From Heterodontus francisci (Eukaryota), in contig NC_090399.1 in NCBI RefSeq assembly GCF_036365525.1, positions 42,440,430 through 42,504,429 of the forward strand: a stretch of 64,000 nt of DNA. The letters run 5' to 3'. Shown piece by piece: positions 1 through 10,976 of the stretch (position 1 is the stretch's first letter; each line of letters starts with the position of its first letter). A model generated the notes under the pieces. That model saw nothing but the letters and a program-made list of their open reading frames with translations, searched no databases and was not told the DNA's origin. Made by a program: the position numbers and the translations under genes.

Positions 1-710
1 TCCTCTACGGTATTGTGACGAATTGATTTGCCCAATCTATATGCAGATTAAAATCACCCATAATTACAGATGTTTCTTTATCGCATACATCTCTAATTTC
101 CTGTTTAATGCCATTCCCAACGTCACCACTACAGTTTGGGGGTCTATATACAACCCCCACTAACGTTTTTTGCCCCTTAATGTTTCTCAGCCCTACCCAT
201 ACAAGATTCCACATCGTCAGAGCAAATATCTTTCCTCACTATTGCATTAAATTTCCTCTTTAACCAGCAATGCAACTCCACCGCCTTTTGCTTTTTGTCT
301 GTCCTTCCGAAATACTGAATTTCCCTGGATGTTCATTTCCCATCCCTGGTCACCTTGCAGCCATAACTCCGTAATCCCGACTATATCATACCCGTTTACA
401 TCTATTTGCGCGACTAATTCATCCACTTTATTGCGAATGCTCCGCGCGCTAAGACACAAAGCCTTAAGGCTTGTCTTTTTAACATTACTTGTCCTCTTCC
501 CACTATTTTTCACTGTGGCCCTGTTTGATTCTGACCCTTGATTTCTCTGCCTATCACTTTTCTTATTCCCTTTACTGTCTTTTGTTCTTTTCTTTGATTC
601 CCCCTCTGAGTCCTTGAAAAGGTTCCCATTCCCCCCTGCCCTTTTAGTTTAAACCCTCCCCAACCACTCTAGCAAATACTCCCCCGAGGACATCAGTCCC
701 GGTCCTGCCC
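1..710 (-). mobile_element. CR1-clade LINE fragment (ORF1 C-terminus and ORF2 APE endonuclease start), decayed
   Basis: ORFs 247-513 (ARSIRNKVDEL...YDIVGITELWL...RKDR..KGGGVALLV) and 5-214 (GVVYRPPN...VIMGDFN) are APE endonuclease motifs; frameshifted. Confidence 0.9.
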
Positions 711-1370
711 TTATTTAAGTTTAAAATACTTGTGTTGGAGCCATTCTTCTCTCTTTAACACTTAATGTAAAATTCAATCATATTATGATTGCTGCTGCCT
801 AGGTGCGCCTTCACTATGAGGTCATTAATTAATCCTATCTCATTGCACAATACCAGGTGTAGTACAGCCTTGTCTCTGGTTGGCTTCAGAATGTGCTGTT
901 CTAAGAAACTATCCCAAAAACAATCTATGAACTCCTCATCAAGGCTACCTTTGCCCATCTAATTTTTCCAATCTATATGTAGATTCAAATCCCCCATGAT
1001 TATCATCATACCTTTCTGACAAGCACCCAGTATTTCTTCCTTTATAAAAACAAGAAACCCTAACCCTAACTCTTCTTCTTGAGTTCTGAAGAAGGGTCAC
1101 TGACCTGAAACATTAACTCTGCTTCTCTCTCCACAGATGCTGCCAGACCTGCTGAGCATTTCCAGCGTTTCTTGTTTTTATTTCAGATTTCCAGCATCCA
1201 CAGTATTTTGCTTTTATTTCTTCCTTTATACCCTGTCCTACAATGTGATAATTGTTCGGGGGCCTGTACACCACTCCCACAAGTGACTTCTTGCCTTTAT
1301 CATTTCTCATCTCGACCCAAACCGCTTCTACATCCTAGTTTCCTGAACTTAGGTCATCCCTCTCTATTAG
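711..1370 (-). mobile_element. Second CR1 endonuclease fragment, interrupted at 1047-1214
   Basis: ORFs 1113-1310 (LVGVVYRPPN) and 755-958 (FLEQHILKPTR..AVLHLVLCNE...LGSSNHNMIEF). Confidence 0.85.
1047..1214 (+). mobile_element. Penelope-like element terminal (pLTR) fragment with hammerhead-like motif
   Basis: Flanked by a 16-bp direct repeat TATTTCTTCCTTTATA (1031-1046 and 1215-1230). Internal inverted repeat TAAAAACAAGAAA (1045-1057) / TTTCTTGTTTTTA (1168-1180). CTGAAGA..GGTC-ACT-GACC..GAAAC core at 1086-1111. Confidence 0.65.
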
Positions 1371-1541
1371 CTCGATCCCTCTCCACTCCCCAACCACCAG
1401 CAAAATCCATCAGACCTACTCCGCAAACGCCAACAAAACCCATCAGATCCACTCCCCAAATAGGAGTAATACCGATTCTGGGAGAATGACAACTCTAAAC
1501 CTCTGGAAAGGAAACTGAGCAGCTGACAGGAATCCACGTCC

Positions 1542-1900
1542 AGATTAGATTATTAGATTAAATATACAGCACTGAAACAGGCCCTTCGGCCCACCGAGTC
1601 TGTGCCGAACATCAACCACCCATTTATACTAATCCTACACTAATCCCATATTCCTACCAAACATCCCCACCTGTCCCTATATTTCCCTACCACCTACCTA
1701 TACTAGTGACAATTTATAATGGCCAATTTACCTATCAACCTGCAAGTCTTTTGGCTTGTGGGAGGAAACCGGAGCACCCGAGAAAACCCACGCAGACACA
1801 GGGAGAACTTGCAAACTCCACACAGGCAGTACCCGGAATCGAACCCAGGTCCCTGGAACTGCGAGGCTGCGGTGCTAACCACTGCGCCACTGTGCCGCCC
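1542..1900 (-). mobile_element. tRNA-derived V-SINE (HE1-like) with CR1-type 3' tail
   Basis: Minus-strand head GGGCGGCACAGTGGCGCAGTGGTTAGC (A box) ... GGTTCGATTCC (B box); V-domain GTGTGGAGTTTGCA..TTCTCCCTGTGTCTGCGTGGGTTT..CCGGTTTCCTCCCACA; tail GGGCCGAAGGGCCTGTTTCAGTGCTGTA plus TCTAA-type repeats. Confidence 0.88.
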
Positions 1901-2176
1901 ATTGTGAGACGTTTCCAGGGGTCTTTATCCTCAATCCCTACCCCCTCCCCAGGATATCTCCAGCCTCCGACAGTTAAGGAGCAGCCATCTCCAGAGGGCC
2001 AGTCTCAAAGCTCAGTGTTGAATTGTATGAGCTGGTCTTTAGTGACTATACAGGGAGAGACAGACACTGCATTCAGATTCCACCCACCAGATTGTACAGT
2101 TAACACCAGCTGTCATAGCCCAGTTAGAAGGCCAGGGAAGGATCTGCTCATACGATTGATCAACACGATTCATACC

Positions 2177-2223
2177 TCAGGCATTGGCGGAGGAGCTGGA
2201 TGAGGATTCCCCTTTATCAGAAG
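2177..2223 (-). CDS. MHC class I heavy chain, exon 7 (Ser-rich cytoplasmic tail and stop)
   Basis: (T)SDKGESSSSSSANA*; acceptor taacag| at 2224; TGA at 2179-2177 is followed by G|gtatg, a probable donor to a 3'UTR exon (exon 2176-2223 = 48 bp). Confidence 0.85.
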
Positions 2224-2396
2224 CTGTTAATGGAAGGACAGGTATTAACAAACTGTTCACTATGAGAGATAGAGACAGAGTCAGTGAACAAGATACAAAG
2301 ACAAAGAGAGAGAGAAAAATGGAGAGATGGACAAAGACAAAGACACAGATGCACACACAGAGAAAGAAAGACAGAGATAGAGCCAGCATGCAAGAT

Positions 2397-2404
<8 letters not shown>

Positions 2405-2473
<69 letters not shown>
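2405..2473 (+). repeat. (GA)n microsatellite within a GA/CA-rich tract (intron 6)
   Basis: Perfect GA run; it produces the spurious RERERE and SLSLSL ORFs. Confidence 0.97.
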
Positions 2474-2476
<3 letters not shown>

Positions 2477-2609
2477 GGACAGAGACACAGAGAGAGTAAG
2501 GCAGAGATGGAGGAAGCCATAGATATGAGCTGTTGTGTGTCAGACACACAATGAGCAATGATTCACACAGTTACACAAAGATCCAGATGATGTTTGATGG
2601 TCAGCTTAC

Positions 2610-2642
2610 TCTTTGTAGGATTGTAGCCGCTCGTCCCTGTCA
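2610..2642 (-). CDS. MHC class I heavy chain, exon 6 (cytoplasmic, Tyr-containing)
   Basis: (V)TGTSGYNPTK; 33 bp phase 1/1 exon with acceptor tttttcag| and donor |gtaag; carries the conserved cytoplasmic Tyr. Confidence 0.88.
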
Positions 2643-2744
2643 CTGAAAAACAAGGAATACTCAGTGAGTGACAAGAGAATAACAGAAAATCGGATTGGAG
2701 ACAGGCAGGAACTCCGAATGAAAGCAAGAGACGGACCCTCCCCC

Positions 2745-3003
2745 ACACTGAGCCCCTCTCTCCACCCTGAGCCCCGATCATGGTCCCCTCGTCCCCACCT
2801 TGATTCCCAATCCCGGTCCCCTCGTTCCAACCCTGAGCCCCGATTCTGGTCCCCTCGTCCCAACCCTGAGCCCCGATCCTGGTCCCCTCGTTCCAACCCT
2901 GAGCCCTGATCCTGGTCCCCTCGTCCCAACCCTGAGCCCCGATCCTGGTCCCCTCGTCCCAACCCTGAGCCCCGATCCTGGTTCTCTTGTGCCCACCCTG
3001 AGC
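2745..3003 (+). repeat. 33-bp minisatellite (intron 5)
   Basis: About 7-8 copies of CCCTGAGCCCCGATCCTGGTCCCCTCGTCCCAA. Confidence 0.93.
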
Positions 3004-3202
3004 TCCTTTGCTCCAAAATAAGCCCCACCTATGACTCTGGGCCCTCAGCTCAGCCTTTCCATCCTAAATCTGTACCCCTCCTCATGACCCTGAGCCTCAC
3101 CCCCTACATCCTGAGCCCCACAGTCTGCCCTCCTCCACTCTCTGGGGCCCACGGCTTCCTCTCCCCCAGTGAGGCCCAGTCCAAATTCTCTCCAATTCCT
3201 AC

Positions 3203-3310
3203 CTTTCCTCTTATAGACAGCGACAGCCACAATGACGAGAACGATGATCAGCCCAAGGATCCCAAGTACAATCCCGACAGTAACAGGGATCTGGGAGTCA
3301 GACTTTAGTC
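3203..3310 (-). CDS. MHC class I heavy chain, exon 5 (connecting peptide and transmembrane)
   Basis: (G)LKSDSQIPVTVGIVLGILGLIIVLVIVAVAVYKRK(G): a hydrophobic helix followed by a basic stop-transfer. Acceptor caacag| at 3311, donor |gtagg at 3202; 108 bp, and the phase matches alpha3. Confidence 0.93.
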
Positions 3311-3431
3311 CTGTTGGAGAGCGAGAGAATGAGAGAGAGAATCAGAGATATCCCAGGATACAGTGTGTCCTTGTAGTACTATAATATCCCAAGACACACT
3401 AGGTCCAGTCGTACTGTAATATCCCGGGATA

Positions 3432-3635
3432 TTAATTGTGAATGAATTTTTTAATTATATGCAGTGGAGGGTGTTAATTGGGGACTTACTTAAGCACTTA
3501 TAAGCAGACACTTACTGAGACTGGTAAAAGTATTTGACGGAGGGGCTACATGTTTGAAATCCTTTTACTCTGTACAAACTGAGTAAAAATAGGCTCCAGC
3601 ATCATCCTTCTATAACAAGCTTTCTGGAGGTTACA
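3432..3635 (+). mobile_element. Probable truncated LTR fragment
   Basis: About 200 bp of unique sequence interrupting the 35-bp repeat; TATAA-like box, AGTAAA, ends ...GTTACA; no clear TSD. Confidence 0.35.
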
Positions 3636-3725
3636 CCAGAACCTGCCATACTGTAATATCCCAGGATACACCAGGTCCTTCCGTACTGTAATATCCCGGG
3701 ATACACCGGGTCCTGCTGTACTGTA

Positions 3726-4295
3726 TGTTGGAGAATTTTCTGAGCTTTGCTAATTATTACTTAACTTTGTAGAAATAGAAAAACAGGACGCAGCTTGTAG
3801 CTAACCTAACCAATGGTCATAAAATGTAGACAGAGCAACTGACCACAATCAACTATCTTAGGAAGAGACAGAGCTCATGATGGATTTTGGGGAAGTGAAC
3901 GCCGACTGTTCATTGCTGACTCTTCCGCTTTTATCATGTTTGTGCAACCTAGCCAGAAGTAACGGCCAGATATAGTCTGGAGTGGGCATTGAATTAAGGA
4001 ACTAGTGTGTTATGCTCGAACTAACGCTCTACTGACCTCGGACTTTGCAAAGGGCACAGAGCTGCAGGTGGTCTTGTGGTTGTCCTGTGGTTTATGCTTA
4101 ATTGTGAAACTGCTAGCTCTGCTTCTTTTACACTATATAAGTCCACGACGATTTGTAGCTGTCGGGAGCAGCACTGGACCACATTTAGGTAAGGTGTGCA
4201 CCCCCATGATATCATGCAATAAAGTGTTTGATTCTCAACGTCCGAGTCCGGAGAATTTGTTCAACAATTGGGCACAATCTGGGTTTTCTCCAACA
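3726..4295 (+). mobile_element. Solo LTR (570 bp) with 5-bp target-site duplication
   Basis: Termini TGTTGGAGAA...TTCTCCAACA (10-bp perfect inverted repeat); CTGTA duplicated at 3721-3725 and 4296-4300; TATATAA at 4134-4140 and AATAAA at 4218-4223. Confidence 0.9.
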
Positions 4296-4310
4296 CTGTA
4301 ATATCCCGGG

Positions 4311-4778
4311 TTTGGGGACAGATCAAAAGTAAGCTAACCAACTAATTATGAATTACTAACAAACTAACTGTGGAGCTGTGGAGACAGTTTATAAAAAAAA
4401 CTCACAAGCAGAAGCTAACAGGACAGCTGCAGATAGCTTAATAGTAGCCTATTGTTTAATAATCAGCCTAACAGTTCAAGGAGGGGGGATGTGAAACTAC
4501 TGAAATAAAATGCCAAAATAAAATAACCAATCATGCAATGATAACAGAAGTCTACAAACCACTCAGAAGCAAAGGGGAGGGGGGGGGGGGTTACTAGTTT
4601 TGTTTGAATAGCTATAAGAAAGACTTGCTGTAGTGAGCACATGTTCTTTTGTTTTGCTCTTTTGTTTTGTTCTTTTGCATGTTCTTTTTCTTTGCTTTGT
4701 AACAATCACGTCCTGCAATAAAGTTTCTAAAAGTTACGATCGGACTTCGTCTCTCTTTGTAACTGATGGGATCTAACA
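4311..4778 (+). repeat. ERV 5' LTR
   Basis: Aligns with 10977-11460 (GGGGACAGAT.AAAAGTAAGCTAA...GATGGGATC.AACA); TATA-like CTATAAG near 4612; AATAAA at 4717-4722; ends in CA just before the PBS. Confidence 0.93.
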
Positions 4779-4781
4779 ACT

Positions 4782-4799
4782 TGGCATAGTCGGCAGGAT
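4782..4799 (+). promoter_or_regulatory. Primer binding site, tRNA-Ser
   Basis: TGGCATAGTCGGCAGGAT matches 17/18 to the complement of the vertebrate tRNA-Ser 3' end (…ATCCTGCCGACTACGCCA); the single mismatch is a CpG-type G>A. Confidence 0.88.
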
Positions 4800-5039
4800 C
4801 GCTGGAGGATTAAAACCGAAGCCCGAGACATCAGATCTATATCGGCACCCCGGAGGTAAGGACTCCTCTTTACGTTAAAAAGTCCTCGGCCGTTGTCTAA
4901 TTTCGGTTCCCTACCACGCAATTTCGAACTTTTCTGAGGCTCGAGACCCCCTTATAAACGTCTGACTCGGCGGTATTTGACAACATACCGACTCGGCTAC
5001 AAAGCCCGCGGCTTGAGACCCCCTTCCCTCCCTGAATGA

Positions 5040-6521
5040 ATCGATACAATGTGACGAAGACGACCGACAGTTACCAAACACCGTCAAAGGCGGGCGGGCC
5101 CTGGCAGATGTTTCCAAAGATGAAATCCTTCGGCAGTTAAAAGGATATATAGAACAACAGTTGAATTTGGCTAAAACGTGTACCGAAATTGAACAGAAAT
5201 ATGGTGTCTCCAAGGGACAATGGTCCTTGGAAGATATAAAGAGAGTTTGGGGAAAAATGACCCGTTTAAAGGATAAAGAACGGACCCAACGGTCCTTGGC
5301 CGTTATGGGCCAGATCTGACAGAGTAATGAGATTATCCGGCAAGCTGAACGCGACCGTGACCTGACCAATACGAAGGCGGTTTGCGAACAATTGAAGAGG
5401 GAAAAGCTTAAATCAGAAAAGTTAGAATCTGAAAACAAAGAGACAATTACGAGAAGAACAGGCAGCCCAGCCAAAGGGCCCGGGACCACCCTGCGGACCT
5501 CCACAGCCCCACTTGTACCCGAACATGGACTCATTACGCAAAGAACTACAGAAAACACAACGACGGGAAGCCGGTATAGAGGAAGCGGAGTCCTCCAGCA
5601 AGGAGAATAACTCGGATGATGAGCTTTCTTTTGCACAGCTCACCCCCTTAAAAACAGAAACGTGTTAAGGTCAAACAGGAAAAGAAGACTACAGACGGCA
5701 ATGAGGTGATCACGTCTGAGCACCAGACACACTGGATGCACGTCCCTGCGGACCCTGAGAAAATCGATAAATGGTCTGAAGAATTGCCAGACCCGAAAAA
5801 GGGAGCAGTTGGAATGTTTGAAGGGAATTTACAACCTCTACCCGTGGGACAGGGGACAGATTTTGACTGTAATGGTGCTCGGGCGAGCGGGCCGAAGACT
5901 GAACAGAGAGGTCCAAACCGCTCTGGGCGAGGACGAGCAACAACTAGATGCGGGATGGGCTGTGATTAGTCAGTGGCTGCTAGCGTTCTGCCCCGCAAAA
6001 ACGGATTGGAGCAAAATTGCCGCATGTCAGCAAAAAGGTACCGAAGAGGTGCGGGAGTATGAAGAGAGGTTTAGATCTACTTGGTTTGAATACTCGAGGA
6101 TAACGGACCTTGCCCCGGAGGACTTCCGCTTCCCACGTCTGAAGTCGGCGTTTGTCACGGGATTAAAACCAGAACTATCAAAGATGTTGAAGGTAAACCT
6201 ACCGAATTGGGAAGGCACAGATATATCCTTCGCAATGTTGGTCGACCGGTCCAGTCAGCTGGACAGGGACTTGGCAGCGAAGCTCCGAGCTCTGCAGGGG
6301 GGTTGGGCATCCAGAGGCCCTGATAGGAAGCAAGATAGGTGACCTGAGACATGCCACTACTGCGGAAAGGAAGGCCATTGGGCTAAGATGTGTACAGCCA
6401 GGGGACGGGGAAGAGGACGGCACCAAGACCAGGTCCCTCCCCTGAGGGCAATGACCTCGAAGTATTTAAACAGTTGACACCTCAGCAACGGAAAGAATTA
6501 CTTGGTGCGGCAAAAAACTAG
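5040..6521 (+). pseudogene. gag: ERV gag (disrupted)
   Basis: Capsid MHR-like CQQKGTEEVREYEERF (ORF 5809-6342); CCHC knuckle CHYCGKEGHWAKMC at 6352-6393; ends AAA AAC TAG at 6521. The start position is approximate. Confidence 0.88.
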
Positions 6522-9500
6522 CAGAGCCCTCCCTCGCCTTCTCGGTGCCCCTCCTGGCGCTAATAGAACAACAAAGAGATGGATTGTATATAACCGTGAG
6601 GGTGGGCGATCAATATATAGACTGCCGAATGGATATCGGAGCCGAATTAACGTGTCTATCTCAACGATACAGGAACTCTATACCGATGGACGGTAAAGTT
6701 AAGACCACCCACGGGGCTGGTGGATATGGGTTGGTGATCAGGAAAACTCAGCCCGTTCGCATTGGTCTTGGTCCACACGAATTGATAACACCAGTCTGGA
6801 TAGGTCCGGTGGACCAGGCCCTTCTGGGTATGGACGTTCTGACTCAGCTGAACTCCTCGTTGCATTTTGAAGGTGGCCAGGTAACATGGTCTATCAGAAG
6901 TCTGAAGAAGGAGGAGCTGAGGGAGCACCCAATATGGGCTCGGGATAAGAACGATTGTGGGCGACTTCAAATGGAACCGGTAACGTTTACAGGATCCGCT
7001 CCGCCCTGTACTAAACAATACCCCATTAGTCCAACATCTATTGCAGGAATCTGACCCGTAATTAGACAGCTAGAGGAGCAAGGCATGCTGGTTAAAACAC
7101 ACAGTACCTCAAACAGCCCTGTGTAGCCAGTACGGAAACCAAACGGGACCTGACGGCTTACTGTTGACTATAGAAGGGCTAACCAGTGTATTGATCAAAA
7201 GACTCCTCTGGTAGCTGACCCCTCCACGGTATTCAATGCCCTGAGGCCGGAACATGAATGGTTCTCTGTTATCGACATGGCCAATGGATTTTGTTCGGTG
7301 CCACTGGCACCCGAGGACCAACTGTGGTTCGCCTTTCCCGTTCGACAACAACAGTACACCTGGACCCGGCTGCCACAGGGTTTCCACAACAGCCCTACGG
7401 TATTTCATATGGCCCTACAAAACCATTTGAGGGAGTTACCTTCCATACACTCCACGGTCATCCAGTACGTGGACAACATCCTGTTAGCCTCTGAAACGGA
7501 AGAACAACACGAACAAGATCTGCTGGACCACCTTCATCGGAGAGGACACAAGGCCAGTATCGACAAAGCACAAATTGCCCAAGAAGAGGTCGTGTACCTG
7601 GGACAAAAGATTTCAAATGAAAAGAGGGAACTTACCTCGGACAGGACCACAGCCATCCGGGCTGCCAAACAGCCCACCACTATCCAGGAGATTAGGTCCT
7701 TTCTGGGTTTGTGTAATTTCAACAGAAATTGAATCAACTCCTACACACAACTGGCTCAACCATTAACCGATCTCTTGAAGGGAAAGTGGGCCTCTAAAGA
7801 ATCAGTTACTCTAGCCAAAGAACAAGAGGCCTTCGAAAGCTTAAAGAGGGCCTTGTGCTCGGCGCCAGCCCTGGGAATCCCCGGCAACGGGAAACCGTTT
7901 ACCCTGTTTGTACATGAAAAAGAGGGATATATGACCGCCATATTGACACAGGAGCATGGGGACCAACAGAGACCTATTGGATACAATTCGAGAAAACAGG
8001 ATGGGGCAGTTGTTTAAGGGCCATGGAAGCTACATGCCAAGCTGTGATGGCTACTGCAGGTCTGGTATTGGATCCAAAGCTAACAGTCAAGTGCCCGCAC
8101 ACTGTCCACACATTGCTGTCCATGAATAGAGAATCCCAAGTGACAGCAGCCAAATGGACCCAATGGACAACGGTCCTAGAGGCCCCCAGCCTCCATATAG
8201 TCCGAGCCAGCCTGATAAACCCAGCAACTATGCTCCCATTGCCTGGGGAGCAAGAGGGGGAAGAGCATGACTGCGTGGAGGCTATGATAGAGACAGAGAA
8301 AGTAACCTTAGCAGCAGAGGAGGCACTGCACAATCCAGATTTAATCCTTTTTACAGACAGCTCCTCCTTTGTTGACAACGGTACCTGGAAAGCAGGATGG
8401 GCAGTTACAACCTTACACAAAGTCATGGCGACAGGATGGCTGCCCTCTGGGACGTCAGCCCAACAGGCGGAATTGCAGGTCCTGTCGGAGGCATGTCGGA
8501 TAGCGGAGGGAAAGACGGCTAATATTTATATGGACTCACGATACACCTTTGGAGTTGCTCACGACATTGGTCAGTTGTGGCGTAAGAGAGGATTTCTCAC
8601 TGCTGCTGGTACACCTATCCGAAACGGGGAAGAGGTTCGAGACTTGCTAGAGGCCATGCAATTACCACAAGAGGTGTCCATTCTGAAATGTAAAGCCTAT
8701 ACGAAGGACAATACCATAGAGGCACAGGGAAACGCCCTAACCGACCAGGCAGCCAAGGGAGCCACCTCGCAGGGTGATTCTTCGGATGTAGGGACGCAAA
8801 TATGTAAACTGGGTGCACCCAGTCTGGCACAAGATCGACAAATGATGCAGAGCGAGTGCTCCAGAGACAAAAAATGGAGATGGATAGAGGCAGGGATCAA
8901 GCGATGTGAAGACGGCATCTGAAGACAAAGGGACACCAATAGGCCAGTCGCGCCACAGGCGCTGATGTCCTTTTTAGCCCAACAGATTCACTCCTGGGGG
9001 CACCTGGCCCTGCAACAGATGACGGCTCGGTTCCAGAAAGGCTGGTGGGGTCGGGGGTTCAAAAAACAGGCCCAGCTGCTGGCTGACCGCTGTGTGGTCT
9101 GTCAGAAAAACAATCCAGGACCCACCACGATAATGCCTCAACTAAGAGCTCCTGCTCCAGCCGGCTCCTCCCAGTGCTTGCAAGTTGACCATATCACTCT
9201 CCCACCTGGCCAGGGATACACCGGCATTCTCGTTATTGTCGACAGATTTTCCAGATGGTTACAGGCCGTCCCAGCCAGAAGAGCCACAGCCAACCACACC
9301 GCTATTCTGACCAAGGGACTCATTTTACAGGCGCGGTCTGTCAGGAAGTCTGTCGGCTACTGAACATTACGTGGAATTTAAACTGTCCTCAGGCGAAGTG
9401 GAGCGAATGAACCAGACCCTAAAGCAATGACTATCCTAGTATCACCAGGAAGGAATACCATGGCCCCAGGCATTGTCGATAGTTCTGTGCAGTATTAGGG

Positions 9501-9880
9501 CGACTCTGAACAGAACTACAGGCCTGAGTCCATTTGAAATAATAACAGGGAGACCCATGTCTCCGCCGGGAACAATTGATTTGCAAAAAGCTGATTGTCA
9601 CCTGATGAGTGATGGCTTACTGGAATATTGTCAGAACCTAACAAATGCTATCAGTTCTGCTTCTTCGCAGGTATCGGCAGTTTGGGGTGACCCACCAGAA
9701 AGAGGGCACGACATCGTCCCGGGGGTCTGGGCCTACGTGAAGAAAATACATAAAGAACCATTGGGCGCCAAGTGGGAGGGACCTTTCCAGGTGCTACTGA
9801 CCACCCAGGCAGCAGTTCAAGTCGAAGGGAAGAAAGCCTGGATACACGTCTCTCACGTCAAACGAGCGACCCGTGACTAA
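6518..9880 (+). pseudogene. pol: ERV pro-pol (protease, RT, tether/RNase H, integrase), disrupted
   Basis: Protease MDIGAELT; RT IDMANGF..PL...YTWTRLPQGFHNSP...QYVDN; RNase H LFTDSSS...SAQQAEL...NIYMDSRY; integrase HSWGH...CVVC, LQVDHI...IVDRFSRW and C-terminal WEGPFQVLLTT. Multiple stops and frameshifts. Confidence 0.95.
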
Positions 9881-9918
9881 AGACCGACCAGTTATCAGGA
9901 AAATTAGCATTTGCCAAT

Positions 9919-10861
9919 ATGTTCAGAATTTTTATTATCCTCTTTGCATGCATTTTAAATATCTGCTTACTTTTAGCTAACCAAACCTTTCCACTTTGGG
10001 GAACTAATTGAGTGTCGGTAACAGCATTTGCAACTATACTGTGTTCATAGACCCCCCCCCCAGGCAACAACGTCTCCATTTCCCTTTTTAATCACACAGG
10101 TCAAAACCATTGGAATCTCACGTTTCTGCCCAAGGCACTAAATGCTTCCAAATTCCCCTCCTATAGTGGCACTTACTTTATTTGCGGCCACAAGGCCTAT
10201 CCCTGGTTGCCGAAACTTTGGACAGGATCATGTTATTTGGGTTATGTTACACCTTACATCCATCACTTGACCTCCCTGCCTGTGCCACCTCACTGGTAAA
10301 GGATGAGGCGAGCTTTCACAGAGACGGAGAGATTCTTTGCGATCTTGTTTCCCTGGTATGGGACAGCTAAGCTGGCCAGGGAATCTATTAACATGGTCTC
10401 TGTTCTAGAAAAAGTTGCCAACGACACCGCTGAAGCCCTGGTTAAAATAAATACAGAAATGGTGGCTATCCAGACAGTGGCCCTTCAGAACCGAATGGCC
10501 CTAGATTTTATCCTTGCAGAAAAGGGGGGGTACTTGCGCCTTGATAGGGCCCGAATGCTGCACCTACATTCTAGACAGCTCCAAAGAGATCTCTAATCTG
10601 GCGGAGCACATCGAAAAGGAGATAGAAAAGCTCAAACAACCCCCCAATCCCGCCTCATGGGGTTGGGCAACTGGTTGGTTGGGCTCAATAGGGACCTCAA
10701 TGGTACATGGTTTGGTCTTTTTTGGTATAATCATAACTTTGTATTTTATGTTTTTGCTGATTAAGTGCTGTTGTAAACAAGTAACTGAAGCCCCTGCCAA
10801 ACTTATGCCTTTACAGAGCTCCCACCGCCCCCTCTTGTGGCACAAGTGGGCAACGTATTAA
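9919..10861 (+). pseudogene. env: ERV env (gamma-type TM; SU largely deleted)
   Basis: Hydrophobic leader MFRIFIILFACIL; furin site RMRR at about 10300-10311; immunosuppressive domain LQNRMALDFILAEKGG; CX6CC (CALIGPECC); TM anchor GLVFFGIIITLYFMFLLI. One frameshift in the G-run at about 10524-10530. Confidence 0.92.
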
Positions 10862-10976
10862 GCGCAACCCCTCTGGGTGTTGACGGCTGTTTCTAGACAA
10901 GTAGAGACCATTAAAGGCACCAAGGTGGGATTGATGGAAAGATTCTTAAAGAAGTTTGAAGAGTCAAAGTGGGGAC

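Larger units (their letters stand above)
3348..4310 (+). repeat. ~35-bp tandem repeat (ATATCCCGGGATACACCAGGTCCTGCCGTACTGTA) in intron 4, split by insertions
   Basis: Units at about 3348-3431, 3633-3725 and 4296-4310, interrupted at 3432-3632 and 3726-4295 and ending at the ERV. Confidence 0.8.

Noticed and set aside
1825-1900. tRNA gene
   Set aside because: The A and B boxes belong to the SINE head and continue into the V-domain and LINE tail.
2184-3028. ORFs with RERERE, SLSLSL and GDQDRGSGL repeats
   Set aside because: These are microsatellite and minisatellite translations; only the short spliced exons within them are supported.
4911-5636. 241-aa minus-strand ORF as an antisense retroviral accessory gene
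   Set aside because: It is the shadow of the gag frame, with no recognisable domain or independent support.
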